In this document: piece by piece, positions 46,457 through 54,583 of the stretch
Numbering within the stretch: the first letter of the stretch is position 1
Layout of the letters: each line of letters begins with the position of its first letter
Assembly (NCBI GenBank): GCA_965277805.1
Contig: OZ255842.1
Coordinates: forward strand, 3,584,001 to 3,648,000
From: Candidatus Lustribacter sp.
GTDB lineage: Bacteria > Vulcanimicrobiota > Vulcanimicrobiia > Vulcanimicrobiales > Vulcanimicrobiaceae
Direction of reading: 5' to 3'
Length of the DNA: 64,000 nt
The notes under the pieces: generated by a model
Told to the model about the DNA's origin: nothing
The model's input: only the letters and a program-made list of their open reading frames with translations
The model's database searches: none
Made by a program: the position numbers and the translations under genes

Positions 46457-46753
46457 TTAGCCTTTGATCACCCGCAGTATCGTACGCCCGACCGTGAACG
46501 CTTGCCCGACCGCCAAGGGTTGCGGTGATGCGACGGGCCGGCCGTCAACCTGGGTACCATTGCGGCTAGAGAGATCTGCTAGCTGGAGATCGCCCGCTTC
46601 CTCGTAGAGCTTCGCGTGTTTTCGGGAAATATACCGATCTATAGTGATACAGGCGCCCGCTACGGCGTCATCCCGGCCGATGGTGATCTCTTGCTCGAAG
46701 GTCCATGTCTTGCCGTCGAGCGGCCCACTCATCACTTCCAAGACATACATCAC
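46457..46753 (-). CDS. Stand-alone FHA domain protein
   Basis: ITIGR, ISRKHA, DLSSRNGTQVDG. Confidence 0.88.
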   Translation of the reverse strand: MMYVLEVMSGPLDGKTWTFEQEITIGRDDAVAGACITIDRYISRKHAKLYEEAGDLQLADLSSRNGTQVDGRPVASPQPLAVGQAFTVGRTILRVIKG

Positions 46754-46806
46754 TGACCGCCTTCGCCCGCGCGCGACCGGCGGTCCTCTCCAAACGAAAT
46801 GACTGT

Positions 46807-47007
46807 ATGACCGAAGACCTTGCCGCCGACATCGACCCCGACGGTCTGCGTGAAGCCGAACTCATGCAAGCGCGAGCGATGCTGCAGCGCCTGGTGGGCC
46901 GGACGATCCGCGATCTGCGGGTGGAAGAGACGCGCATCGCGCTCGAAACCGACGATGGCGTGACCTACTACTTCTATGGCTTCATGGGCGAGGACGTCCC
47001 GGAATAG
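46807..47007 (+). CDS. Small hypothetical protein (66 aa)
   Basis: ATG at 46807; globular-looking LVGRTIRDLRVEETRIALETDDGVTYYFYGFMG; 3' end overlaps the convergent gene. Confidence 0.55.
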   Translation: MTEDLAADIDPDGLREAELMQARAMLQRLVGRTIRDLRVEETRIALETDDGVTYYFYGFMGEDVPE

Positions 47008-48242
47008 ACCGCGTCGGCAGCCAGGATCGCGCCTAGAGCGGTGTGCTCGGCGACGATCCCGCCCTGCAGATAGACGTCCCATGGCGCGCGCAGCGGTGCG
47101 TCGCACGACAGATCGATCGTGGACCCGCTGATGAACGAGCCGCTCGACATGATGACCGGGTCGGTATATCCCGGTACCGGCCCGGGCTCGGGCATGAAAC
47201 GGGCGTTGATCGGCAGCGCCGATTGCAGCCCGCGCGCAAAGGCGATCAGCGCCTCGCGCGAGCCCAGCCGAATCGCCTGCACGATGTCGGTGCGCAGTTC
47301 GCCCGGCAGCGGATCCACCTCGTACCCGAGCAGCGCGAACAGCGAGGCCGCAAAGTCGAGCCCGCGCAGCGTTTCGCCGATGACGAGCGGCGCGTAGAAG
47401 AGCCCCTGCATCAGCGTGCGCCCGAAGCCGAGCGAGGGCCCAAGGCCGGCGCCGATGCCGGGCGCGAACACGCGGGCCGCGATGCGATCGATCAGCTCGG
47501 TGGTGCCGGCGATGTAGCCGCCGGTCGGCGCGAGCCCGCCGCCGACGTTCTTGATCAGCGAACCCGCGATGACGTCGGCACCGACTTCGAGCGGTTCGCG
47601 TTCCTCGACGAGTTCGCCGTAGCAGTTGTCGACGAAGACGATCGTGGCCGGCGCGTGCTCGTTGCAGACGTCGACGATGTGTTCGATCGCCGCGATCGAA
47701 AGCGAACGCCGCGATGCGTAGCCGCGCGAGCGCTGCACGAAGAGGACCGCCGGCGGATCGTCGCGCAACGCCTCGGCCAGCGCCACGAGGTCGGGCTCGC
47801 CGGTGAGCGTGCGCCCGACCTCACCGTACTGCACGCCGCGCGCGACGAGCGAATGCGGCGCATCGGCCAGCGCGTAACGCAGCGTGTCGTACGGCGCGCC
47901 GTTCGCGCACAAGAGCAATTGCCCGGGAACGAGCAGCGCGTCGAGCGCGGCGACGATGGCGTGCGTACCGCTGACGATCGACAAGCGCGCCAGCACGCGC
48001 TCGGCGCGAAAGACGCGCGCCAGCAGCGATTCGTAGCGGTCGCGCGCCGCATCGTCATAGCCGTAACCGGTCGAGCCGGCCAAGTCGCTTTCGGCGACGC
48101 CTTCGGCCAGAAACGCATCGAGCACGCGCATGCGCACGGCGCGCCGGCGTGGGTCGTGTTCGTTCAGGCGCGCCAGGGCCGTCTCCGCCGCCGTGCGCAC
48201 CTTCGGAGCGACGGTCCGGCCGCCGAGGATCGCATCGATCAT
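46974..48242 (-). CDS. Methionine gamma-lyase family (YnbB / aluminium-resistance-like) PLP protein
   Basis: GSTGYGYDD, VSGTHAI, PYDTL, QRSRGY, FVDNCYGE, GSLIKNVGGG, YLQGG. Confidence 0.9.
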   Translation of the reverse strand: MIDAILGGRTVAPKVRTAAETALARLNEHDPRRRAVRMRVLDAFLAEGVAESDLAGSTGYGYDDAARDRYESLLARVFRAERVLARLSIVSGTHAIVAALDALLVPGQLLLCANGAPYDTLRYALADAPHSLVARGVQYGEVGRTLTGEPDLVALAEALRDDPPAVLFVQRSRGYASRRSLSIAAIEHIVDVCNEHAPATIVFVDNCYGELVEEREPLEVGADVIAGSLIKNVGGGLAPTGGYIAGTTELIDRIAARVFAPGIGAGLGPSLGFGRTLMQGLFYAPLVIGETLRGLDFAASLFALLGYEVDPLPGELRTDIVQAIRLGSREALIAFARGLQSALPINARFMPEPGPVPGYTDPVIMSSGSFISGSTIDLSCDAPLRAPWDVYLQGGIVAEHTALGAILAADAVYSGTSSPMKP

Positions 48243-49453
48243 GGTTTGGCCAGTTCCATCGCTTCATACATCCGCACGAACGGCAGATAGATCGCGCCGG
48301 CCACCAGGATGTTCAGCAAGAGCAACGGGATCGCGCGCCAGTCGAGCGTCGTGAGGAACACGTTTAGGAACAACGGCAGCGTTGAGGGCAAGTAGTAGAT
48401 CGGCGCGCGCACGAGATGAAACCACAGCGCAGCATACGTCGTGCACACGAGCGCGAGCGGCGCGAGCAAGTACGGGATACCGAGTATCGGATTGTAGACC
48501 ATCGGCAAACCGAACATCACGGGTTCGTTCGTGTTGATCAGCGACGGCACGAGCGTGGCATAGGCAAACTTGCGCAAACGCGGCACGCGGCTGCGCAACA
48601 TGAGCAGCACCATCGGCAGCGTGGCACCGCAGCCACCCGGGAACACGAACATGAACGTCGACACGGCGACGTAGTGCGGCAAGTCATGGCCTTCATGGAA
48701 CGCGGCGGTGTTCTGCACTTGGAAGTTCAGGTACACCGGCAACACGATCGCGGCCAGCAGCGCCGGTCCGTGAATGCCGAAGAGCCACAGGAACGATTCG
48801 ATGCCCGCGATGAGGAAGAGCGCGACGAAACTGTCGCCCAGAAATCCGAGCGGCGCGAGCAACGCCGCAAGCAGCGCCGCGACCGATACGTGCGCCGCGA
48901 ACAGCAGCGCGGACACCGCCGCGACGGCGACGATGCCGATCGCGGTGCCGCCGCTACCGGCAACGTACCGGCGCGCGAGCACGATCGCGCCGGCCGACGC
49001 GAGACAGCACAAGATCGCGGTGAAGAGCCCCGACGTGCCGAGCGTTGCGGCCAGCACGGTGAACGACTTCCACACCGCGCGCGGCAACGCGAAACCGAAC
49101 GCGCACATCGCCGCGCCGAGCACGGCACCGATCGGCAAGACCAGGCGTTGCGCCAAGCGCACCGCGAGCACGAGCAGCAGCAGGATCGACATCACGGCGA
49201 AACCGCCGGGAATGCTGAGCTTCAGCCGATTGACGAACGAACCGGGTTCGAAGAAGACGATCAGCACGCCGAGCGCGATCAGCAATCCGCCGAAGCTGAT
49301 CGGCAGCGCTTCCCGCAGCGCGAGGACTGCCGGCGCGTTGCCGAAGCGCTGGGCAAACGGCGCAACGCGCCGCTCGAGCCAGCTCAGCCCTTGGACAACA
49401 CGCGGTTCAGAGCCGTCTGACGACTGCCTCGACGCGTCCGACGACCGTAACAT
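48239..49453 (-). CDS. PTS lactose/cellobiose-family EIIC permease (start uncertain)
   Basis: LGTSGLFTAI, LWLFGIHG, GGCGATL, PSLINTNEPVMFGLPMVYNP, IYLPFVR. Confidence 0.85.
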   Translation of the reverse strand: MLRSSDASRQSSDGSEPRVVQGLSWLERRVAPFAQRFGNAPAVLALREALPISFGGLLIALGVLIVFFEPGSFVNRLKLSIPGGFAVMSILLLLVLAVRLAQRLVLPIGAVLGAAMCAFGFALPRAVWKSFTVLAATLGTSGLFTAILCCLASAGAIVLARRYVAGSGGTAIGIVAVAAVSALLFAAHVSVAALLAALLAPLGFLGDSFVALFLIAGIESFLWLFGIHGPALLAAIVLPVYLNFQVQNTAAFHEGHDLPHYVAVSTFMFVFPGGCGATLPMVLLMLRSRVPRLRKFAYATLVPSLINTNEPVMFGLPMVYNPILGIPYLLAPLALVCTTYAALWFHLVRAPIYYLPSTLPLFLNVFLTTLDWRAIPLLLLNILVAGAIYLPFVRMYEAMELAKP

Positions 49454-50048
49454 CGTCGACGTAGATTGGCTCCATAGTTCGATTCTCCGGCTGAAGCCGG
49501 ATGCGATTCGCTTCGCGGTAGAACGTCTTCACGGTTGCTTCGCCCTCGATCATCGCCACGACGATCTCGCCATTGTTTGCGGTGGGCTGGGGTTGGACCA
49601 CGATCAGGTCGCCGTCGAGGATCGCAGCGTCGACCATCGAGTCGCCCTTGACGCGCAACATGAACGAACCGCCGCCCTTGCCCACAAAGCTCGAGGGCAA
49701 CACGAAGGTATCTTCGAGGTTCTCGGTCGCCGTGATCGGCACACCGGCCGCGACCCGGCCCACAATCGGGAGAGAGATCGTCTCGGGGCCGGATTCGCGG
49801 CGTGCCGGTGGTGCTACCGCACGCAGCACCATGTCGGCCGGCACCAGGGCGCGGGGCTTCGTGGGATCGCGGCGCAATAGGCCGCGGCGCTCCAACGTCT
49901 TCAGATGGGATTGGACGGTCGACGACGAGGACAGCCCAACGCGCTCGCCGATCTCGCGGACGGACGGCGGGTAGCCCATTTCAGCCGTAAACTCGCGGAT
50001 GACGTCGAGGATGCGCAGCTGCTTCTCGGTCGTTCCTCGATCGATCAT
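49407..50048 (-). CDS. lexA: SOS repressor LexA
   Basis: GYPPSVREIG, SSSTVQSHL, VGRVAAGVP (A-G cleavage site), VKGDSM, ATVK; GGAGG RBS before the ATG at 50048. Confidence 0.97.
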   Translation of the reverse strand: MIDRGTTEKQLRILDVIREFTAEMGYPPSVREIGERVGLSSSSTVQSHLKTLERRGLLRRDPTKPRALVPADMVLRAVAPPARRESGPETISLPIVGRVAAGVPITATENLEDTFVLPSSFVGKGGGSFMLRVKGDSMVDAAILDGDLIVVQPQPTANNGEIVVAMIEGEATVKTFYREANRIRLQPENRTMEPIYVDDVTVVGRVEAVVRRL

Positions 50049-50176
50049 GGTTCCTCCGATCGGCGGCAGACCCCAAAACTTCAACGAAGCTCATCGGTAG
50101 TGCCACCCAGTAGGCACAGCGTTAGCGCACGCTGCCCGTATTGGGTCCGATCCTAGCACGATTGCGTCCCAAAATG

Positions 50177-50251
50177 CAAACGTATGTTCGAGAGACATCT
50201 TGACGCTTGCCCGGCGGCGGGTGTATCATCTGGTGGACGAACAAGCGTTTG
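50177..50251. promoter_or_regulatory. Two Cheo-type SOS boxes flanking a sigma70 promoter
   Basis: CAAAC-GTAT-GTTCG (50177-50190) and CGAAC-AAGC-GTTTG (50238-50251); TTGACG (50200)-18 bp-TATCAT (50224). Confidence 0.85.
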
Positions 50252-50278
50252 GCACTATATCTAGGGAGTACACGAGAA

Positions 50279-50566
50279 ATGCGCGGAACGCCGAGAAAAC
50301 GATTCACCCTGATGCCGCTGATCGCGATCGCAGGCCTCAGCCTGGTGGTCACGCTGCCCGCACTCTCCGCCACTCAGCTCCACGCCGCCAAGCCGGTCAC
50401 GTACACGAACGTGACGGTCAAGTCGGGCGACAGCCTGTGGAATCTGGCCGACGATCGCACGCCCCGCGGCGGCGACGTCCAAGCGACGGTCGACGCAATC
50501 ATCGCCGTCAACCACCTCCACGGCGCCGAGATCGCCCCCGGCCAGCACCTCAGCATCCCCCAATAA
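50279..50566 (+). CDS. YneA-like membrane-anchored LysM protein (putative SOS cell-division inhibitor)
   Basis: TM helix plus LysM VTVKSGDSLWNLA...IAPGQHLSIP; divergent from lexA. Confidence 0.82.
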   Translation: MRGTPRKRFTLMPLIAIAGLSLVVTLPALSATQLHAAKPVTYTNVTVKSGDSLWNLADDRTPRGGDVQATVDAIIAVNHLHGAEIAPGQHLSIPQ

Positions 50567-50608
50567 CTTCGCCCTAGGGCACAAGCCGCGGTCGGACCGC
50601 CGGCCAGG

Positions 50609-50640
50609 AAAGGAGCCGTATCAAGCACGGCTCCTTTTTC
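50609..50640 (+). terminator. Intrinsic terminator
   Basis: AAAGGAGCCGT-ATCAAGC-ACGGCTCCTTTTT. Confidence 0.85.
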
Positions 50641-50659
50641 TATTCGGTCGGCACTAAAA

Positions 50660-50698
50660 GGGCAACGTGCTCGGCACGGCGCTCCGCTCGGAATGACA
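50660..50698 (+). repeat. Related REP-like element (subfamily of the 40132 copy)
   Basis: Reverse complement is TGTCATTCCGAGCGGAGCGCCGTGCCGAGCACGTTGCCC. Confidence 0.6.
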
Positions 50699-50727
50699 CG
50701 CATCTGGGCCACGCCTCTTTGGTCGCG

Positions 50728-51888
50728 CTATTTTGACCAAAGCTCCGCCGAGGCGAGTTTGGCGCCTTCGACGAGTGATTGGAATTTGGCCCAGACGATC
50801 GTCTCGTGGATTTCGGGGACGCCGCCGGGATTGGTGGCGAAGCCGCAGTCGCTGCCGGCGATCACGCGCTCTTTGCCGAGGGTGCGGGCGTAGCGGATGA
50901 TCCGTTGCGAGACGACTTCGGGGTGCTCGACCAGCGGGCTCGTGTGGGTGATCACGCCGGGAATAATGAGCGCGTCGTCGGGCAGCTTGGCCTCGCGCCA
51001 GAGCTTCCATTCATGTTCGTGCCGCGGGTTCGCGGCCTCGAACGAGAACGCGCCGGCCTTGACGCTCATCACGAGGTCGACGAAGTGCTTGAGTTCGAGA
51101 TCCGAGGTGCGCGGCCCGATGTTGATGCCGTAGCAGGTGTGGTAGCGGATCTTCTCCTTCGGGATATCGCGAACTGCATGGTTGAGCGCCTCGACGCGCA
51201 GCGTTCCCCATTTCACCACGTCCGCGACGGTTGAATTGGGATCGACCATGTAGTGCATGGCGAGGAACGGGTCGTCGAGCTGCAAGATGAAGCCCGCGTC
51301 GACGATAGCGTGATACTCGTGGCGCATTGCATCGGCGATCGCGAAAAGATACTCGTCGTCTTTTTTGTAGTAGCTGTTCTTCTGCCAGCCTTCGACGCTT
51401 GCCGGCGAGGCGCTCGGTACGAACACGTCCGCGACCGGCTTGCCGGCCGTGGCACGCTTGAGGTTCGCCAAGTCGCGCTTGAGCTGCGCGTCGCCCTTGT
51501 AGGTGATCGGCCCCGTGCAGATCACGCTGTCGACGTGACCGCCCGGACCGCGGTGCTCCGCGTAGTATTCCGGAAAGTTGAGCAGCTCGCGCGAGCCGGC
51601 AAACGGAACGCGCCCGGGCGGCGTCGGAAAGGGCTCGTAGCCGCCGAGCCGCTCGTTCAGATACGCGATAAAACCGGCCTTCGACTGCTCGCCATCATCG
51701 ACGACATCGATCCCGAGTGCGACTTGCTTTTCGACGATCGCATCGACCGCGTCGGCGACGGCCGCATCGTATTTCAAATCCGACACATCGACGCCGCGCG
51801 CCCGTTTCATTGCCAGATCGACCAGCGCGTCCGGCCGCGGCAAACTGCCGGTGTGCGTCGTGAGTATCCGTTCAGTGCTGCGTGTCAT
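50728..51888 (-). CDS. Cobalamin-independent methionine synthase II family (single-domain MetE-like) protein
   Basis: TTHTGSLPRP, DDGEQSK, LQLDDP, HTCYG, FEAANPRHEHEW, GSDCGF. Confidence 0.88.
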   Translation of the reverse strand: MTRSTERILTTHTGSLPRPDALVDLAMKRARGVDVSDLKYDAAVADAVDAIVEKQVALGIDVVDDGEQSKAGFIAYLNERLGGYEPFPTPPGRVPFAGSRELLNFPEYYAEHRGPGGHVDSVICTGPITYKGDAQLKRDLANLKRATAGKPVADVFVPSASPASVEGWQKNSYYKKDDEYLFAIADAMRHEYHAIVDAGFILQLDDPFLAMHYMVDPNSTVADVVKWGTLRVEALNHAVRDIPKEKIRYHTCYGINIGPRTSDLELKHFVDLVMSVKAGAFSFEAANPRHEHEWKLWREAKLPDDALIIPGVITHTSPLVEHPEVVSQRIIRYARTLGKERVIAGSDCGFATNPGGVPEIHETIVWAKFQSLVEGAKLASAELWSK

Positions 51889-51897
51889 AACTCTGCT

Positions 51898-53079
51898 TCA
51901 TAGTAAATACCCGTGCGGACGGCTCGCTCGCACCCACGTGTGTTTCGCGGCGTCCCACTGCGCCATTTCCTCGGCGTTCTCGCCGATCCCGCGCTGTCCG
52001 CCGTCGCTCATGTCGTACACGCCGTCGATGCCGACCCACCCATGAAGATGGACCAGGTAATCGTGAATCGCCGCAGCACTCGCATCCGGGCCGAACTTAC
52101 GCAACGCATCGATCAGCATGATCGTCGGATCCCACGGCAAGTTGGTCGCGAAATCCGGGCGCACGCCGACGGCCTTGAGCGATTTTACATACGCCGCTTG
52201 CGCATCGCGAATGGGACCCGCCGGCGTGCCCTCCGGCGTCGACGCCAGCAAAGTCGGGAAGAATAACCGCTTCGGCAAGAACTTCTCATACGCCGCGAGC
52301 TGTGCGTAAATCAAGTTGGAGCTCGGAATCTGCACCGGCACGTCGAGTCCGGCATCGCTGATCGCGCGCAGCGCGGTCGCAACGGGCGTACCGGTCGTCC
52401 ACAACAGAATCGCATCGGGCTTCGCCGCCACGATGCGCGCGATCTGCGCGGACACGCTCACGTCGGCGGGACCGAAGCGTTCGCGCGCCACGAGTTGCAC
52501 GTCCTTGTTTTCCGGGAGCGCGAGCGTCTGCATCGTCTTTGCGTCGTAGTCCGAGCCGGTCGCATCGGTCGACGTGATCATCGCTAGCCGCTTCCAGCCG
52601 CGCAAGCGGAAGTTGCGCACGCCGACGTTGATGATGTCGCTCGCGCCCGTACTCGCCGAGAAGACGTAGCCGAACGGCGTCGTCTTCACGAGCGGCGAGA
52701 GACAGTAATCGACCGGTCCGGCCTTGTCGACCAGCGGAACGGAGGCGTTGCACACCGTGCTCGGTCCGCCGTCGATGAACAGCGCATCGTGTTTGGCGAT
52801 GAAGCCGTTCACGATCTGCACGCCGAGTTGCGCCGACGTCTGCGAATCGACGGTGGCGATCTTGAGCGGCCGCCCGCGAATGCCGCCGGTCTCGTTGGTG
52901 AGAATTTCGATAGCGCGAAACGCATTGATATACGCCGTCGCCAGAAACGCCCCGCCGCCCGTGCTCGGCACGATCGCATCGATCACGACCGGCGCGCCGG
53001 ACACGCCGGGAGCGCCGGCGCCCAACAGCCCAACGACCAGACCAACCACGCCAAACCGGTATAGTCTCTGTACTATCAT
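51898..53079 (-). CDS. Branched-chain-type (LivJ-like) periplasmic binding protein
   Basis: Signal peptide; GGIRGRPLKI, GWKRLAMITSTDATG, AQIARIVAAKPDA. Confidence 0.85.
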   Translation of the reverse strand: MIVQRLYRFGVVGLVVGLLGAGAPGVSGAPVVIDAIVPSTGGGAFLATAYINAFRAIEILTNETGGIRGRPLKIATVDSQTSAQLGVQIVNGFIAKHDALFIDGGPSTVCNASVPLVDKAGPVDYCLSPLVKTTPFGYVFSASTGASDIINVGVRNFRLRGWKRLAMITSTDATGSDYDAKTMQTLALPENKDVQLVARERFGPADVSVSAQIARIVAAKPDAILLWTTGTPVATALRAISDAGLDVPVQIPSSNLIYAQLAAYEKFLPKRLFFPTLLASTPEGTPAGPIRDAQAAYVKSLKAVGVRPDFATNLPWDPTIMLIDALRKFGPDASAAAIHDYLVHLHGWVGIDGVYDMSDGGQRGIGENAEEMAQWDAAKHTWVRASRPHGYLL

Positions 53080-53109
53080 GGTCCGACATATATCGCATCA
53101 CCCGGCATT

Positions 53110-53160
53110 TGTCATCCCGAGCTCGTCGCTGTCATTCCGAGCTGGTCGAGGGACCGCCAC
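53110..53160 (-). repeat. Tandem partial plus full REP-like repeat
   Basis: TGTCATCCCGAGCTCGTCGC followed directly by TGTCATTCCGAGCTGGTCGAGGGACCGCCAC. Confidence 0.88.
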
Positions 53161-53171
53161 CAGCCGCGTTT

Positions 53172-53657
53172 TTAGCGGAGGATCTCCACCAGCAGCACCC
53201 AGGAGTTGAGGAAGGCGACGATGATGGCGATGAGCATCGAGAAGGCCAGCGCGTACAGGCCGGCCTCGACGCCGAAGCAGAGGGCGATCGCGCCGGCCAA
53301 CGCGGGCAGCGCGGCAAGCTGGACGATGAACGCGCTTAGCCGCGTACCCGAAGCGTACGCTTTCGGCGCGCGCGAGGCCGCGATCGTGAGCCGGACGGTG
53401 AACACGAAGGCGATGGCGGTCGTCACGAACTCTTCGGCTCCGGTGGCAAACGTCGGCTGATGCGGCCAGAGCCCAATCAGCGCTTCAATCACCGAGCCGA
53501 GAAGCAGCACGATCGTTACACCGGCACGCGGCGGCAACCACGGCTGTTTGATGATGCTTTCGATGTTGATCGATAGCGCGACGAAGAGCAGGCCGGCGAG
53601 CGCGGCGCCCGCGCCGGCCTGCGCTACGAAGAAGTCGTGCCACCCTTCCAGTTCCAA
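53172..53657 (-). CDS. Membrane protein of unknown function
   Basis: TTG at 53657; WHDFFVAQAGAGAALAGLLFVALSIN...NSWVLLVEILR; about 5 TM segments. Confidence 0.7.
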   Translation of the reverse strand: MELEGWHDFFVAQAGAGAALAGLLFVALSINIESIIKQPWLPPRAGVTIVLLLGSVIEALIGLWPHQPTFATGAEEFVTTAIAFVFTVRLTIAASRAPKAYASGTRLSAFIVQLAALPALAGAIALCFGVEAGLYALAFSMLIAIIVAFLNSWVLLVEILR

Positions 53658-53667
53658 CCGCCATGCC

Positions 53668-54567
53668 TCAAAAGCCGTAACCCGTGACTTGTTCGGCGAC
53701 GGCGACCAGGTTGAGGTGATTGGCCGGCCCGTCGATTCCATACAACTCTACCACGTACGGCGTAGCGGACGGCGCGGCGACGGTGGTGAGCGGCACGACG
53801 GTCCCGGTCGCGATGCCGATACCGTCGTAGAATGAGGTGGGTGCGGCCGCGAGGGCCGACGTTACCGCCGGGTTGACCACCGCCGCGCTCACCGCCGAGA
53901 CCACCGGCGCCGCGACGCTCGATGCGCCCGTAAGCGTCGCCGGAACGCCGCCGGCAACGTCGCCGAAGCCGACCGATTTGAGTGGGGTTGTCGCGCTGAA
54001 TGCGGGCGCCGCGTTCTGCGAGATCGCCTCGGCGCCGGCGGGCGCGGAGACGAAGCTCGGCTCGCCGTACACGTAGAGTCCGAGCGTATGCGTCGCCGCC
54101 GTTCCACCGAGCACGATCGTCTCTCGCGCCGCGTTTCCGTTCACGCCCGGTGCGATCGTCGTTACTGCGATCGCTGAGGTCCCGAAGTAGGGTCCCGGCG
54201 CGGTCGCACACTCGGAACCCGCGGGTCCGGCGAACGCGCCGAGCGCCGGATAAACCGCCACCGTATGGCTGATGCCTCCGCCGACGGCGTAGAGACTCGT
54301 CGATGCGCTGCCGTACGAAACCGACGGCGTGGTGACGAGCAAGGGCGTCTGATCGATGCAGACGTCGGCCGATGCATAGTCCGGCGAGCCCTCCACGAAC
54401 CGCAAGAGCGCGGTGCTCGTTCCACCGGGCTGATAGGTGCCGCTCGATCCGCCGGCATTGTTCGGCGTTCCCGCAAACGGCAACGCGGTACCGTTTCCAC
54501 CCGAACACGCCGTAGCCGTGAGGGCGAATGCGGCCAGCGCCGCCAGACGCGCGAAATGATGCTTCAT
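53668..54567 (-). CDS. Lipoprotein with a DUF4397-like domain
   Basis: Lipobox-like ATACSGG; ALLRFVEGSPD..SADVCID...VSYG. Confidence 0.65.
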   Translation of the reverse strand: MKHHFARLAALAAFALTATACSGGNGTALPFAGTPNNAGGSSGTYQPGGTSTALLRFVEGSPDYASADVCIDQTPLLVTTPSVSYGSASTSLYAVGGGISHTVAVYPALGAFAGPAGSECATAPGPYFGTSAIAVTTIAPGVNGNAARETIVLGGTAATHTLGLYVYGEPSFVSAPAGAEAISQNAAPAFSATTPLKSVGFGDVAGGVPATLTGASSVAAPVVSAVSAAVVNPAVTSALAAAPTSFYDGIGIATGTVVPLTTVAAPSATPYVVELYGIDGPANHLNLVAVAEQVTGYGF

Positions 54568-54583
54568 CACTGCGGTGACCTCT

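Noticed and set aside
50728-51888. Calling this gene metE
   Set aside because: It is a single-domain family member without the N-terminal half and lies beside a binding protein; methionine synthesis is not supported.
1851-53160. 31-bp repeats as a CRISPR array
   Set aside because: Copies are kilobases apart, in both orientations, with no regular spacers and no cas genes.
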